Source: Felis catus (Eukaryota). From it: a stretch of 64,000 bases of DNA. Position 1 is the first letter of the stretch; each line of letters opens with the position of its first letter. A program made the translations under genes and the position numbers. Below the pieces are notes generated by a model. That model searched no databases. It was not told the origin of the DNA and worked only from the letters and a program-made list of their open reading frames with translations. Location: positions 223,450,001 through 223,514,000 of the forward strand of contig NC_058368.1 of the NCBI RefSeq assembly GCF_018350175.1, in the 5' to 3' direction. This document shows positions 24,601 to 37,735 of the stretch, piece after piece.

Positions 24601-26157
24601 ATTGTCAAAACATGTATATACATACACATATATAATTGAGATAGACTGAATTTTCAGTAATACATATTTTATTCTCTCTCCTTTTCTCAGGCAAAGTGAT
24701 CACTATAAAGATTGCACATCCAATCCTGATATTTTTTTTCCTCTGAGAATTGTTCTTTTACCGTATGAATTTCTATATAAACACAGGGTGTGTGTTGCAT
24801 TCAAGGCATCATGAAAAACTGGCTATGTGGGAAAGGACTCATTGTTGTGGGTATTTTATTCCCTATTAAAATATGGCATCAAAAATTATGGTTTGATTCA
24901 GCAAAATAAATTAGCTTGAAACCAAGTAATATTACTAAAATATCTGTTTTATAGATGCAGTGTTAATACAAGAAAGTGAGTTTGTAATGGTATAAATGCT
25001 CGTTGGCTGAGATATCTTCCAGTCAGGGTGCTTACTGATAATGTACCTTGCAGTCACCTTCATTTCTTATTTTTGACAATTAATTAAGAAACCTCATTCA
25101 TTACAAGATTATGTTCAATTATTTTTGAAAAATCCCTTTCATTCATACATCTTTTAAACCACACTGAGCTCTTTGACTTTCATTTATTTTATTCAAAACT
25201 GAGCTAAGCTGATAAGTCTTTTATTATTTTACTTAATACTGACTATAATTCTCTGCAGCCATTCTCGTTAGACAGTTATCTCTTATTAATTAAATGGATA
25301 GCATTTACATTTTAAATTACTGTAACAGGTCTTTGGATGATAGTGGTCTAATGTCCTGGAAGAAAAGAAAAACTTTTAAAATCAGCAGAAGGTCATTATC
25401 ATCTTATTTGTTTTTTCAATGCTAATGAGAATTGTAGAAACTAATAGAATATTAATGAGGATTTTATGTCATTTTAAAAGTCTGGGTGAAATATTGTAAC
25501 AATATATATTTAAATGCTTCCACAAGTGTATTCAAAGACCACACACTCCCAGAGAATATCCTAGTATTGTCTCATTCAAAGAACATAGTGAAAATAACAT
25601 ATAATTGCATATAAAATTTTTAATTTGTAACTACCCAGGCAGTGATTTTAGATAATTTGTCCCATTTTAACTACTTTAATTTGTATTTTTACACTGACAA
25701 AGTCTTTGTCAGCATCCCAAAGAAATCAACAGACCAACCTTAATTTTTAAAGAAAATGAAAGTGTTTTATAACTTTTGATTAGCTTTATTATTATTGGTA
25801 AAACTGAATATTCAAATTATGTTTTAACTTATTTTTTTAAATTTTTATACATGTCACATGGCTAATTAGTGAGTAATAAATGCAACTAAAATAGTGCTCT
25901 GGCATAGAAAGTAAATTCCTCTTATAAATGGCATTTATAAGGGTGCCTATTAGTTATATATCCACCACATCAAGGTGAGAATAATTTCCAATTGGATTTT
26001 AATATACAGTAAAAATAATTCATCGATATAAGGACATTCAAATACATAAAACTTTATACAGCAAGATATTTGACTAAATATATTGAGTAAAATTAGTATA
26101 TGTATGTATTTTTCTATTATTTTAAACTAGCAAATAATATGTATTATCTTAATGCCT

Positions 26158-26305
26158 TAAATATTTATTTATATATTAATATATTTATAATATATTTAAA
26201 TATTACATATAAATATAATTATATATATTATATATATAAATGATTTATATGAAATATATAAATAATATATTTAATATATTTAAATATTAAAATAATATTT
26301 AAATA
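26158..26305. repeat. Near-pure AT low-complexity quasi-palindrome
   Basis: Only a few G/C in ~150 bp; catataaat (26206-26214) is the reverse complement of atttatatg (26243-26251). Confidence 0.85.
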
Positions 26306-26790
26306 GTTTAAGTACTTTGAACATTATTCCTGTGTTCACTCAAGTTTAGCAAACTAGTTTATGTGTGTGTTACACACTATCTATCGCCTCATCAACAAAC
26401 ACTATAGCTAAAAGTCTCATGAATTAGATTTTGGAATTCTGAAGTACACTCTTATGGTTAGGATGAGAATGATACATAATCTGTTTTAATAACTCAGTAT
26501 TAAATGCATTCATTTGCAAATAATATTGACAATAAAGTCCTAAATGTTTAATTCATTAAAGTGTTACAGGGTAAGATAGAGTTTGATCTGTTTTGCACAG
26601 ATAACGTACAGAATGCTTGATTCAGCATTAATATATATTCTTGTTAATTTTAACCTTATAACTTGATCTGTTTATCATAGTATTTGCTTATTTCTCTCAC
26701 TTGTCAATTTAGTTTGGGGTGAAAATAGTTTCCTCAGCAAAACCTTCCATCACTAATTTAAACACAACAGATTAAGAAATTAGGATTTAA

Positions 26791-26916
26791 GGGGCGCCTG
26801 GGTGGCTCAGTTGGCTGAGCACCTGACTCTTGATTTCAGCTCAGGTTGTAATCTCATGGTTTGTGAGTTCGAGCCCCACGTTGGGCTCTGCACTGACAGC
26901 GCAGAGCCTGTTTGGG

Positions 26917-26957
<41 letters not shown>

Positions 26958-27028
26958 TTTTTCTCTTACTCTCCCCACTTGCATCCACTTTCTCTCTTTC
27001 TCAAAGATAAATAAATAAACGTTAAAAA
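26791..27028 (+). mobile_element. Can-SINE
   Basis: Canonical head; TSD aaga(a/c)attaggatttaa at 26774-26790 and 27029-27045. Confidence 0.96.
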
Positions 27029-27905
27029 AAGACATTAGGATTTAATCCAAAATTTTATTGAAATTGGTGAGTTTGGCATTTAGGAAAACATATTTGAGTG
27101 TTAATTCTTACTATAATATTAAAGTTAAAAATTTGTAACTGAATTAATTTTCTTTGATACACTTCTCCCTCTCTTTGCATATCTTCCCCTATCCTTCAAC
27201 ATAAACTTAGACAAGGGCACAAATAACACTTCATTAAATAAATATAAGGGTCTACATGAGCTTCTAATCTCTCGCTTTCCTAGTTGGGTGTCCCTACTTC
27301 CTGTATATCTTCCCCAATCCCAATGACAGGTTTTGTGACATTGCAATATTCTTGTTCTTTGGATGGATAATTTGCCAAAGAAGCAATTTGTTTTGGGGAG
27401 ATTGGTTTGAATCAAATTCATTTTTGGAAAATTGACCTAAAGCTATTTCTATCTGCTTACAAAACAACTCTCTTAAATTTTTTATTGGTATTACAAGTTT
27501 AACTTATTCAAGTACAACAGCCCTAACTTCCCCTTAAAATAATCATTTAGTCACATGTTCTTCATTGGCTGATTTTGTAATATTTCATCTATTCTCTCAG
27601 AGCAGACATTGGGAGATATATTTGATTATTCCCTTCCATTCCTCATCCAAAATAGATCATCAAAACTTCTCATTTTTCCTGTAAAACATGTGATGGATAC
27701 TTTTTCTTTTAATTCTCTTAAAGGTCATTATTACATTTTTCTTAGCTCTTATCAATAGTCTAAATAAGCTCCACTTGCATTTAGACTCATTTTTCTCAAT
27801 CCATCCTGCCTAACAATAAAAGCTTTTCATACTAAATCACTGCTTTATGGATCACATATTCTGTTCACAATATCTTATTGCTGTTATTTAAAATCTAAAC
27901 TTCTT

Positions 27906-28140
27906 GGGGCACCTGGGTGGCTCAGTCAGTTAAGGGTCTGACTTCGGCTCAGGTCATGATCTCCCGGTTCATGGGTTCAAGCCCCCCATGTCAGGCTCTG
28001 TGCTGACAGCTCAGAGCCTGGAGCTTGCTTCAGATTCTGTGTCTCCCTCCCTCTGTCTCTCTGTTTCTGCCCCTCCCCTGCTTGTGCTCAGTCTCTCTCT
28101 CTCTCTCTCTCTCTCAAAAATAAATAAACGAAAATAAAAT
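27906..28140 (+). mobile_element. Can-SINE
   Basis: Canonical head and body; TSD aaaatctaaacttctt / aaaatctgaagttctt. Confidence 0.96.
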
Positions 28141-28616
28141 AAAATCTGAAGTTCTTTTTTTGATTGAAAGTTCTATATTTTCGAGACATTTCTTAAGTTC
28201 TCACCACCATAATAATAATTACTTTCATTGTATAATTACGTTATTTTCCTTAGGTTAACTTCCTCACTGTTTCCTTATTCAATACTGCACTTCCGTGTGC
28301 GAATGATTTCTATTTTCAGAAGTACCTGTTTTTATGTTAATATCCTAATCTGTTCTCCCTTTCCACTCATCACCTACATATTTCCTAAGCTTTGAAAATT
28401 TGAAGATCAAAACAGTTTAACTTTTTAAATGAAAACCTATAATGATGGAATGAGTAACAGAATTCTCCTCATATATCCCACTATTGCCTAACCAAATAAT
28501 TGAAAGGTGCTGATAAGAAGAAAGCTTTTATTAAACTACCAGGTGTCTTTCAGTTTTCCATCCTGAAAGAATAACACTGAGCACATAGCAACTGTATGAA
28601 TATTAATAGATCATTT

Positions 28617-28834
28617 ATTTTTTTACTGTTGATTCATTTTTGAGAGGCAGAGAGAGACAGACCATGAGCAGAGGAGGGGCAGAGAGAGAGAGAGTGGAGA
28701 CACAGACTCCAAACAGGCTCCATGTTCTGAGCTGTCATCACAGAGCCTGATGTGGGGCTCAAACCCATGAACCGTGAGATCATGATCTGAGCCAAAGTCA
28801 AATGCTTAACCAACTGAGCCACTCAGGCACCCCC
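28617..28834 (-). mobile_element. Can-SINE
   Basis: Reverse-complement SINE; TSD taa(t/a)agatcattt at 28604-28616 and 28835-28847. Confidence 0.95.
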
Positions 28835-28863
28835 TAAAAGATCATTTTAAAATTAAAACTTTT

Positions 28864-29090
28864 GGGGCACCTAGGTAGCTCAGTTGGTTAGGCGTCCGAC
28901 TCAGCTCAGGTCATGATCTCACTGTCTGTGAGTTTGAGCCCCATGTCAGGCTCTGTGCCGACAGCTCAGAGCCTGGAACCTGCTTCAGATTCTGTGTCTC
29001 CCTTTCTCTCTGTCCCTCCCCCACTCACGCTCTGTCTCTATCAAAAAATGAATAAACTTTAAAAAAATTAAAAAAATAAATACATAAAAT
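28864..29090 (+). mobile_element. Can-SINE
   Basis: Canonical body; TSD aaaattaaaa(c/a)tttt at 28849-28863 and 29091-29105. Confidence 0.95.
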
Positions 29091-31886
29091 AAAATTAAAA
29101 ATTTTTGGGCAATAGAGTATAAATATATTTTGGTTATTTGATAATTAATTCCCCAGCTTATCACTTATTTAGAAAATATTTTTTTATTCCAGAGAACCAA
29201 AGTTATCCTAATAATTAACGGAGTTTAGAATTTTTTTTTCATTTTATGAGATAGTTTACAAAACTTTACAATTAAATTATTTCACACTTCATAATATGAA
29301 GTGGGTAGCATCTATTATAATAAAAATATGTAAATTATTTCTACATTATTTCTGTTAAGTGATAATATAGTTCTAAGTTTTATTCGTCTTTTTTAATATT
29401 TACCTTTAAAATTATGTTGGGCATTCTTTTATGGAAGTGTTCTACCAATTGTTGACGATATGATTGTTGTCTATCCTGTGCAAGTCTTTTTGATCATGTC
29501 TAGATCTCTTTAAGTCATTTATTTCTTCAAACATACTTGTGAATACCCAACTCCTTGTTACTTATTCTTTTACATATAGATATAGGAATGAAAAAATAAG
29601 ACTAGGATGTTCTTTGCTCTCAAGAAAAAAGTACAGAAATCATCCATGTCTTCGTTTCCAGAGTTCCAAATTAGAGTTAATGGTACCAACCTTAGATTTG
29701 TTTTGAGAATTAATTGATTTGATGCATTGAAGAGTATAGCATTGTGTTTCATGCATAAGAGATATTCAATCAATGTTAGTTTATTTCAGTGCACCCTATA
29801 ACGACATCAGTATTTTTGATGACCACATCATAGAAGAGACTCACTTTGAACATATATATTATTAAATATTCTAAATGTCTTTGTGTATACATTGGGCCAT
29901 TTTGAAACATATGCAGTTGATATCTTTATACCTGGGTTTGAAATCCCACATTATATTTCACCCTTCAGATGCAGTCCGTTTTTCTACCTAGATTAGATTT
30001 TGATTTAATGAACCTGGAATTTCTCTCAATCTTGCCTACTATAAACATTTTACCAGTTTTCTACCTATGTCAGCACATTAACCACAACTATAATAATAAA
30101 CATCACACAGCTGATTAATCCTCAAAAGTCTTTTTAAATGCTACTAGAAATCTATTTTGGGTTTCATACTAATTTTCCCATAAGAAAATTTGATCATGGG
30201 AGATTGATTTAGGGTATTTTAAGTGTCTCTAAATATAATTTTCTCTGGAACAGACTTATCTATTGTTTAAATGACTAGTGGGGTAATCATGTCAAATACA
30301 TTATTAAAATCAAGTTCCCCATATATTTTTCAGATTCCATGAGATATTTAAGTAACATGCCATGACTTGCTGCTGAATGCTAGTTACTACACAGGCTTTA
30401 ATGTATTTCTTCAAAATTCTTGCGCCCTCTTTCTTCAATAATGTATTTCCTTGTATTGTCATGTTTGACATCCATTTAATAGAATTGATTTCTGGAAATA
30501 AACTTGTCAAAAGACTGATTATAAAGATTATTTAAAAATTTTAAGTTACCTTTTTCCCCCCTCAAAACTTCATGAACTATTTGCATGTGTTAAAGTAATG
30601 GAGTATCTAACATTTTTCCCCCAGTTTTTAAAGATCCTCTTATCCAAGGCTAATGACAATCTTCCTGAGAAAACATCCCATTCAGTGATACAGAATGTTA
30701 ATTTTCAAAATATTTCATATGGAATATTAAATAGCTTATTGGAAATTAATAAAATGAAAAAAAAGTTTTTACTGGTCAAATAAATTAAGAATCAGAGTTA
30801 GATCAGATTAAATAGACTTATTCAGTGCAAGATTTAACAATGTGTTTAGCATGTGAAATTAAGTGAAATAGTCCAGAGAGAGGTATGGTAGCTTCCGTTT
30901 GCTTACTCATTGAGCAGTAATCATTAAGCAGAAGTCTCATTTTCTTTACTTCATAGATGATCTCTCAAGCTTGGTTTTCTCCCAAATTCACTTGGAAAAT
31001 TCTGGCTTAGGAGAGCCTTAGCTTAAAATTGCTCCCAAGCCCACACTAGCAGGCTTAGAATTTAGGATGGAGTTGTACAATGCTCAAAATCAAATGGCTC
31101 AAATCATAATGGTCAAAAGAATTTGATCATTATAAAACTTGAAGTTAGAGGAGATGACCAAGTTCATTCTTATTTGTAAAAATCAATATCCATAGCTATT
31201 CTGTAGATTGTGAAGTATTACAAAAATTACACTTGTAAATTATGATTTTGTAGGGGCATGGGACCATCTTATTTCTTCATTAAGGTATTTTCCTCTGATA
31301 AAATTCTGTCATTTGTGTTTCAAAAATGTCCAAATGCCCATTAACAATATAGAGGAAAACAGTTTTTGAAAGCATTAATTTTGTTGGTTTTGATGCATGG
31401 TTGCATTATTGTAATATTTAAATATCTGAAAAAAAAAAAACCTGCCACACTGTTGGATGAGTATTTTAGTGTAGTTTTCAGCTTCTCAGAGTTTTAGATG
31501 ACCTTTTCTCATCAATGTTACAACAAAATAGGAAATTGAAGTTGATACATTCATTCCCCTAGTTTTTTAAATCAATTTCCCCAAGTCGTCCCTGTTCTTT
31601 TTGCGTTGTTCCTAAAATTATACCAGCGATATAAGCCTACTTACTTATTATTCTCACATATATAGTATTTTATTTGTTATGGGAAAGAAAGCATAGGTGT
31701 GGTATGCTATAATTTAAATACAGCTGTATGTTTTTTAATGTGTATATTTTGCATTAATTTCACACACTGTATATATCATGGATAAAGCAAAAGCTTATCA
31801 TTAATGCATAGATAGAGAAAAATGACAAATCCAGTGCTATGTGGCTATGACTCTTCACACCATTACAAATTGTACGGGGAAGGAAA

Positions 31887-32150
31887 GGGTACCCGGGTGG
31901 CTTTGTTGTTTAAGCAACAGACTTTGGCTCAGGTCATGATCTCGAAGTTCGTGAGTTCAAGCCCCCCACTGGGCTATGTGCTGACAGCTCAGAACCTGGA
32001 GCTGTTTCGGGTTCTGTGTCTCCCTCTCTGCTCCTCCCCAACTGTGCACGTGCCCACCTGCTCGCTGGCTCGCTCTCTCTCTCCCTCCCTCCCTCCCTCC
32101 CTCCCTCCCCCTCTCCCTCTCAAAAATGAATAAAAGTTAAAAACAATAAG
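31887..32150 (+). mobile_element. Can-SINE with (CCCT)n tract
   Basis: Diverged head, gctcaggtcatgatctc...gagttcaagccc, A-tail; TSD aattgtacggggaagg / aattgtataggaaagg. Confidence 0.92.
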
Positions 32151-33714
32151 AATTGTATAGGAAAGGTACAAAAATAGTTGATTGGAAAGATATTTTAAGT
32201 ATTTTATCAAACAGGATGGGGGGGCAAGCTTCTAGAACTAAAACATGGAGATAATACAAGCTGTGCACTTGTGTACTTTTCAGGTGATAAACTATATCTC
32301 TGTGGCATTGAAGCATAAAGTTACAGCGAAAATCCTTGTATGGTGGTATTTACCTCCATTAAACACAGTAAGAAACAGCACACCTGGAGAATAGATGACC
32401 CATTTGTTCTTTTTCTCTCTCTCTCAAAATATCTGTGTGGCATTTCATCAGCACTGCTGTTCATATAGGTAACATATGCTAGCTTGAAGTAAATGCCAGC
32501 ATGTCAAGATAAATTCTAAAGACATAATAGCATCTTGAACATTCTGAGTAAGTGCTTATATTTTCATGTGTAAAGAATGGCTTTTTTTTTTTTTTAGAGA
32601 GAGAAAATTTCCTTGTAGGATGAGATTTAAAACGTCTGTAAATAATTTTAAAAAATCTGTCAATATGTGGTGCATAATAAAAGTCAAGATATCAAAAACT
32701 GTAAAAAAAAAAATCAGTGAAAAAAGTAAGCCAAAATGGTGACTGCATTTTATTAGAACCCATATATTTCAGTCACCCAATAGGCCGAGGATCTCAAACA
32801 TGAATTTGTGCTGAGACATGCTTATTGAGAATTTTTTCTTCTTCTCCTGATGTGAAGTGAATGAAAACACCGACTTGTTATATCATCCCTGCTGGGTTTG
32901 GGTTTCTCATAAACCCACAGTCTAGCCTTTCAGCAAAGGGCGCCACAGTGTCGAACACTGAGTGATACCTAAATGCAAGGACCGATAATGGAGAGGAACC
33001 TCCACTCACTGTCCTTCTGAGTTTGAATGTGTATGAGTCAGGCTCTTAAAAAGTCTCGTTTCTCCTTGAAAGTCCTCATCTCCAAACTATGGCATTCCAT
33101 TTTCTTTTTCTTCCAAACCTCATTCTACAAGTCATTCTACACATTTTATTGTATTTTTATTTCATTTTGCAATGTATTTTCAAAAATGTAACTACCAACT
33201 TGTAAGACTTAGTATTTGAACTTCACTTTACTAAGTCAATTAACTTCTGAAAATCGCTTCTATAGTTTTTTGAAAGGGAAATGAGGAAAGGAAAAAGTGG
33301 CAGAGACTTAAGTATTTCATCTTCAAAGAAATATCTTCTGGTTCTGGTCTATGAACTACATTTTATAAGTGTAATATATTTCTTTTGATTTTCATGTAGA
33401 CGAAGAGATGTTATATGCTATCATTCGTATTTTGTCTTTCTTTTTATAAAAGTGTCTTAAGCAATAGAACTTGTCCAACAACTTCAGTCCTTTTATGGTC
33501 TTAAGATAAGTGGTATTTAATTGGAAAACTAAAATGTAAAAGGAAATTAAAAGGATAAAAAACAGGCAGTGTTCAACTTACATTAGATACCTAGATGTAA
33601 TAGTAACTTTTCTTTTGAAGCCTAAGGGATAATTATATAGTTAATATCTTTGTCCTAATTTGTACTGTTCGTTTTTTGTTTAATTTTTTTTCATCATTAC
33701 TATTACGAGTGCAA

Positions 33715-34550
33715 GTTTTCTATTGTCTAGCAAATTACCAGGAGCTAACAGACCAGAAAAATAACATATTATCTTACAGTTCTGCAGGTCACAATTCCAG
33801 GTAGGCTACCCTGGGTTATCTGCTTTGTCTCACAAAGCTGAAATCAAGGTATTAGCTGACTGAGCTCTTATCCTGAGGCTGTGGGACTCTGCCCAAGACC
33901 TCTTCCAGATTGTTGGCATCATCTTATTAGAGAGACTGAGGCTGTGATCCGGGGGACACTCAGCTCTGAGAGGCTGCTCTCAGATTCCTTTTTTTCTTTT
34001 AAGAGAGAGAGAGAAAGAGAGAGAAAGGGAACCCATCAGCAAGCATGGGAGGGGCAAATGAAGAGGGAAGGATAGAATCTTAAGCAGGCTGCACGCCCAG
34101 CAAAGAGCCAGACTAGGGGCACTATCTCATGACCCTGAGATCACCACCCGAGCCCAAATCAAGATTCAGAAGCTTAACCAACTGAGCCACCCAAGCAAGC
34201 GTCCCCTCTCAGGTTCCTTCTATCTGAAGATGTCCCCTCGCTCTTGCTATCCAGAAAAAATTAACCTCTATTTGTCAGATCTTTGCAACTTCAGAACTCT
34301 CTGTTTTGATTACAGCCATCGCTACCAGACAAAAACAAAACAAAACAAAAAAGACTTACACAAAAAACAAACAAATAAATCTCTCTGCTTGTAAAGGGCT
34401 GCTGTGATTTGGTAGGCCTACCTGGATAATCTTCCTATCAGAAGGTCAAAGGTTTATTAACATTAATTACACCTAAGAAATCTCTTTACAGCATAAAATG
34501 ACATAATCACAAGAATAACACCAGGGCCACATGTTGATCATCTTAGCAAG
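33715..34550 (-). mobile_element. MLT1-type MaLR LTR interrupted by a SINE
   Basis: caaattacca...atcttacagttctg...gctgaaatcaaggt and ggataatcttcctatc...cattaattacacc are antisense MLT1 hallmarks. Confidence 0.7.
33991..34205 (-). mobile_element. Can-SINE
   Basis: cttaaccaactgagccaccca; TSD ctctcag(a/g)ttcctt at 33977-33990 and 34206-34219. Confidence 0.93.
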
Positions 34551-34753
34551 TCAATCATTTTCCAAGTCCCAAACCTGAAACACTTGTACTTTTTGTCTCT
34601 GACCTGTTCCTTTCTCATCTAATGCAAATATGTGTGATATATACTTATTTAATGTACTTCAAGAAAAAAGTATCTATGGAGGAACTATATTTTGTGGACT
34701 CACATTCTCAAAAATAAGCAGGATGTTTATGTACCTCAAAATGTGTTCATTCT

Positions 34754-34981
34754 TCTCCCTTTTTTTATTTTTTATTTTTTTAATGTTTACTTTTGACAGA
34801 GAGAGAAAAAGACAGAGTGTGAGCAGGGGAGGGCAGAGACAGAGGGAGACACAGAATCCAAAAGAGGCTCCAGGCTCCGTGCTGTCAGCACAGCACGTGG
34901 TGGGGCTTGAACCCATGAACCGTGAGATCATGACCTTAACCAAAGTCTGGCGCTCAACTGACTGAGCTACCCAGGTACCCA
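34754..34981 (-). mobile_element. Can-SINE
   Basis: Reverse-complement SINE; TSD caaaatgtgttcattct / cacaatgtgttaattct. Confidence 0.95.
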
Positions 34982-35196
34982 TCACAATGTGTTAATTCTA
35001 CAAATATTTAAAATATCATGACTTCAAGATTTTTAAACGGATAATGTTTGCATTTTTGTTCATTATAACATTTAGAGTAATTAAGGAAATATTTTTAGAG
35101 TTTAATTAACAAGCAGTCAAGTTACAGAATCATAAAATATGTGCTTTTCTTTCTTAAAAAATCAGTCATTTCCTATTCAATGTCTGTTAAAAACTA

Positions 35197-35401
35197 GGGG
35201 GCGCCTGGATGGCTAAGTGTCCAACTTCGGCTAAGGTCATAATCTTGCAGGTTCGTGGGATTGAGTCCTGCTTCCGGCTCTGTGCTGACAGCTCAGAGCC
35301 TGGAGCCTGCTTCAGATTCTGTGTTTATCTCACTCTGCCCCTCCCCTGCTCGCTCGCTCTCTCTCTCAAAAATAAATATTAATTTTTTTTTCAAAAAAAA
35401 A
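35197..35401 (+). mobile_element. Can-SINE
   Basis: ggggcgcctggatggc head with a short deletion; gctgacagctcagagcctggagcctgcttc body. Confidence 0.94.
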
Positions 35402-35689
35402 GGCACACAGTTTCTTGTGGTGAATATATATTTTATACAGTTGAACTGCGTTAAACTGACTTCCATAACTGATAATTTTTGGAGCATTTGTGAATAGCTT
35501 AAAGTATAAAGTGAACTTACAGAATTTTCAAGTAGGATTCAGAAACAGTGATTTTTTTTGTATAAAATATTAGTACACCAATTATATATTGTTTCAACTT
35601 ACTTATTAAGGGAATTGTTCTAACAATATTTATGCAGCATTGTTTAATGTCTATACTTTATTCAAAATAAATACCTATTATAATCCACA

Positions 35690-36650
35690 CCATATGTCAT
35701 CAGAGAAATGCAAATTAAAATAATGAAATACCATTGCACACGAGTAGAATGGACAAAATCTAGAACACTGACGTCAAATGCAGGTGAGAATGGAGTAACA
35801 GGAAGCCTGTTTCACTGATGACGACCATGAAAACTGGCATAGCTCCAGTGGAAGATGTTTGACAGTTTCTAACAAAACTGAACATCTTATCATTTGATCC
35901 ACAGTGGTGCTTCCTGATAGTTACCCAATGGAGTTGAAAATTTATGTCCACACAAAAATCTACACATTGATGTTTATGGTGGCTTTCCTCACACTGACAA
36001 AACTTGGGAGCAACTAATATGTCCCTCCATAGCTGAATGGATAAATAAATAAACTGTGATACATCCATACAGTGGAATAGTATCCAGTGCTAACAGAAAA
36101 TAAGCTATCAATCCATGAAAAGACCTTGAAGAAACTAAAATGTGTATTACTCAGTGAAAGAAACCAATCTGAGAAGGCAATGTATGAGATGATTCCAATT
36201 ACATGATATTATGGACAAGGCAAACTATGGATACAATTCAAAAAAGCAAACACAAATAGTGGTTTCCAGGGGTTTGGGGTAGGGAGATGAACAAGATCGA
36301 GCACAAAAAAAACAAAACAAAACAAAACAAAAAAAAACTTTAGGGCAAAGAAGCTATTCTGTCCGATACTAATATAGTGGTTACATGTCATTATACATTT
36401 GTCCAAACGAAGAGAATGTACAGCATTAAGATTGAATCCTTATGTAAACTAATGGACTTTTAGTGATAATGAGATATGCCATTGTAGGTTCATCAACTGT
36501 AACAAATACACCACAATAGTGGGTGATGTTGACACTGAAGGAGGCTATTCATGAGTGAGGGCAGGGATATGTGGGAAATCTCAGTATCTTCCACTCAATT
36601 TTGCTGTGAACCTAAAACTACTCTAAAAGGTAGTCTACTAAAAACTAATT
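35690..36650 (+). mobile_element. Old L1 (L1MC-type) ORF2 end and 3'UTR
   Basis: gaaatgcaaattaaaa...catccatacagtggaata...caattttgctgtgaacctaaaactactctaaaa. Confidence 0.85.
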
Positions 36651-36654
36651 AAAA

Positions 36655-36770
36655 GGGATACCTGGCTGGCTCATCAGTATAGCATATGACTTTTGATCTC
36701 AGGGTTGTGAGGTCAAGCCCCATGTTGCACATAGAGCTTACTGAAAAAATAAGTAAATAAAGTAAAAAAA
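36655..36770 (+). mobile_element. Short tRNA-Lys-derived Can-SINE in the L1 A-tail
   Basis: cctggctggctca...ttgatctcagggttgtgaggtcaagccccatgttg...agagcttact, same type as 20581. Confidence 0.85.
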
Positions 36771-37027
36771 AATCATAATACAAAAAAATACTATAAAATG
36801 GGATATTTTGCAAAATTTTATTTTTCGTAAGTTGAATAGTTTAAGACAAAATAAGTAACGTGGTTTAATATGAAGTACTAAAACTGGTTGAATTCTTTTT
36901 TTATTGAAGTAAAATTTCCATACATTAGATTTCTTTCATATTTCTGATGAGCATTTCTACAAGTTCTGACAATACATGCATTCATGTATCCACTAATATA
37001 ATCAGTAAATAGAGCAGTATCATGTCC

Positions 37028-37735
37028 GTTTGTTTGTTTGTTTGTTTATTTATTTATTTATTTATTTATTTATATGAAATTTATTCTCAAATTGGTTTAC
37101 ATACAACCCCCAGTGCTCCTCCCAAGTGGTGCCCTCCTCAATACCCTTCACCCACCCTCCCCTCCCTCCCACTCTCGATCAACCCTCAGTTTGTTCTCAG
37201 TTTTTAAGAGTCTCTTATGTTTTGGCTCCCTCCCTCTCTAACCTTTTTTTTTTTCCCTTCCCCTCCCCCATGGCCTTCTGTTAAGTTTCTCAGGATCCAC
37301 ATAGGAGTGAAAACATATGGTATCTGTCTTTCTCTGTATGACTTATTTCACTAGACCACTTTCTTACACCATTCACAAAAATAAACTCAAAATGGATAAA
37401 GGACCTGAATGTGAGACAGGAAACCATCAAAACCCTAGAGGAGAAAGCAGAAAAAACCTCTCTGACCTCAGCCTTAGCAATTTCTTACTTGACACATCCC
37501 CAAAGGCAAGGGAATTAAAAGCAAAAATAAACTATTGGGACCTCATGAAGATAAAAAACTTCTGCACTGCAAAGGAAACAATCAACACAACTAAAAGGCA
37601 ACCAATGGAGTGGGAAAAGATATTTGCAAATGCCATACCAGACAAAGGGCTAGTATCCAAAATCTATAAAGACCTCACCAAACTCCTCACCTGCAAAACA
37701 AATAATCCAGTGAAGAAATGGGCAGAAAACATGAA
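37028..37735 (-). mobile_element. Young felid L1, 5'-truncated with 5' inversion
   Basis: 37028-37351 antisense tail/3'UTR; 37352-37735 sense ORF2 (KAKINYWDLMKIKNFCTAKETI...KKWAENMN); TSD tatcatgtcc at 37018-37027 and 37736-37745. Confidence 0.93.

Noticed and set aside
24672..24750. Strong acceptor ttctctctccttttctcag|g
   Set aside because: No convincing donor or coding frame downstream; unsupported without RNA data
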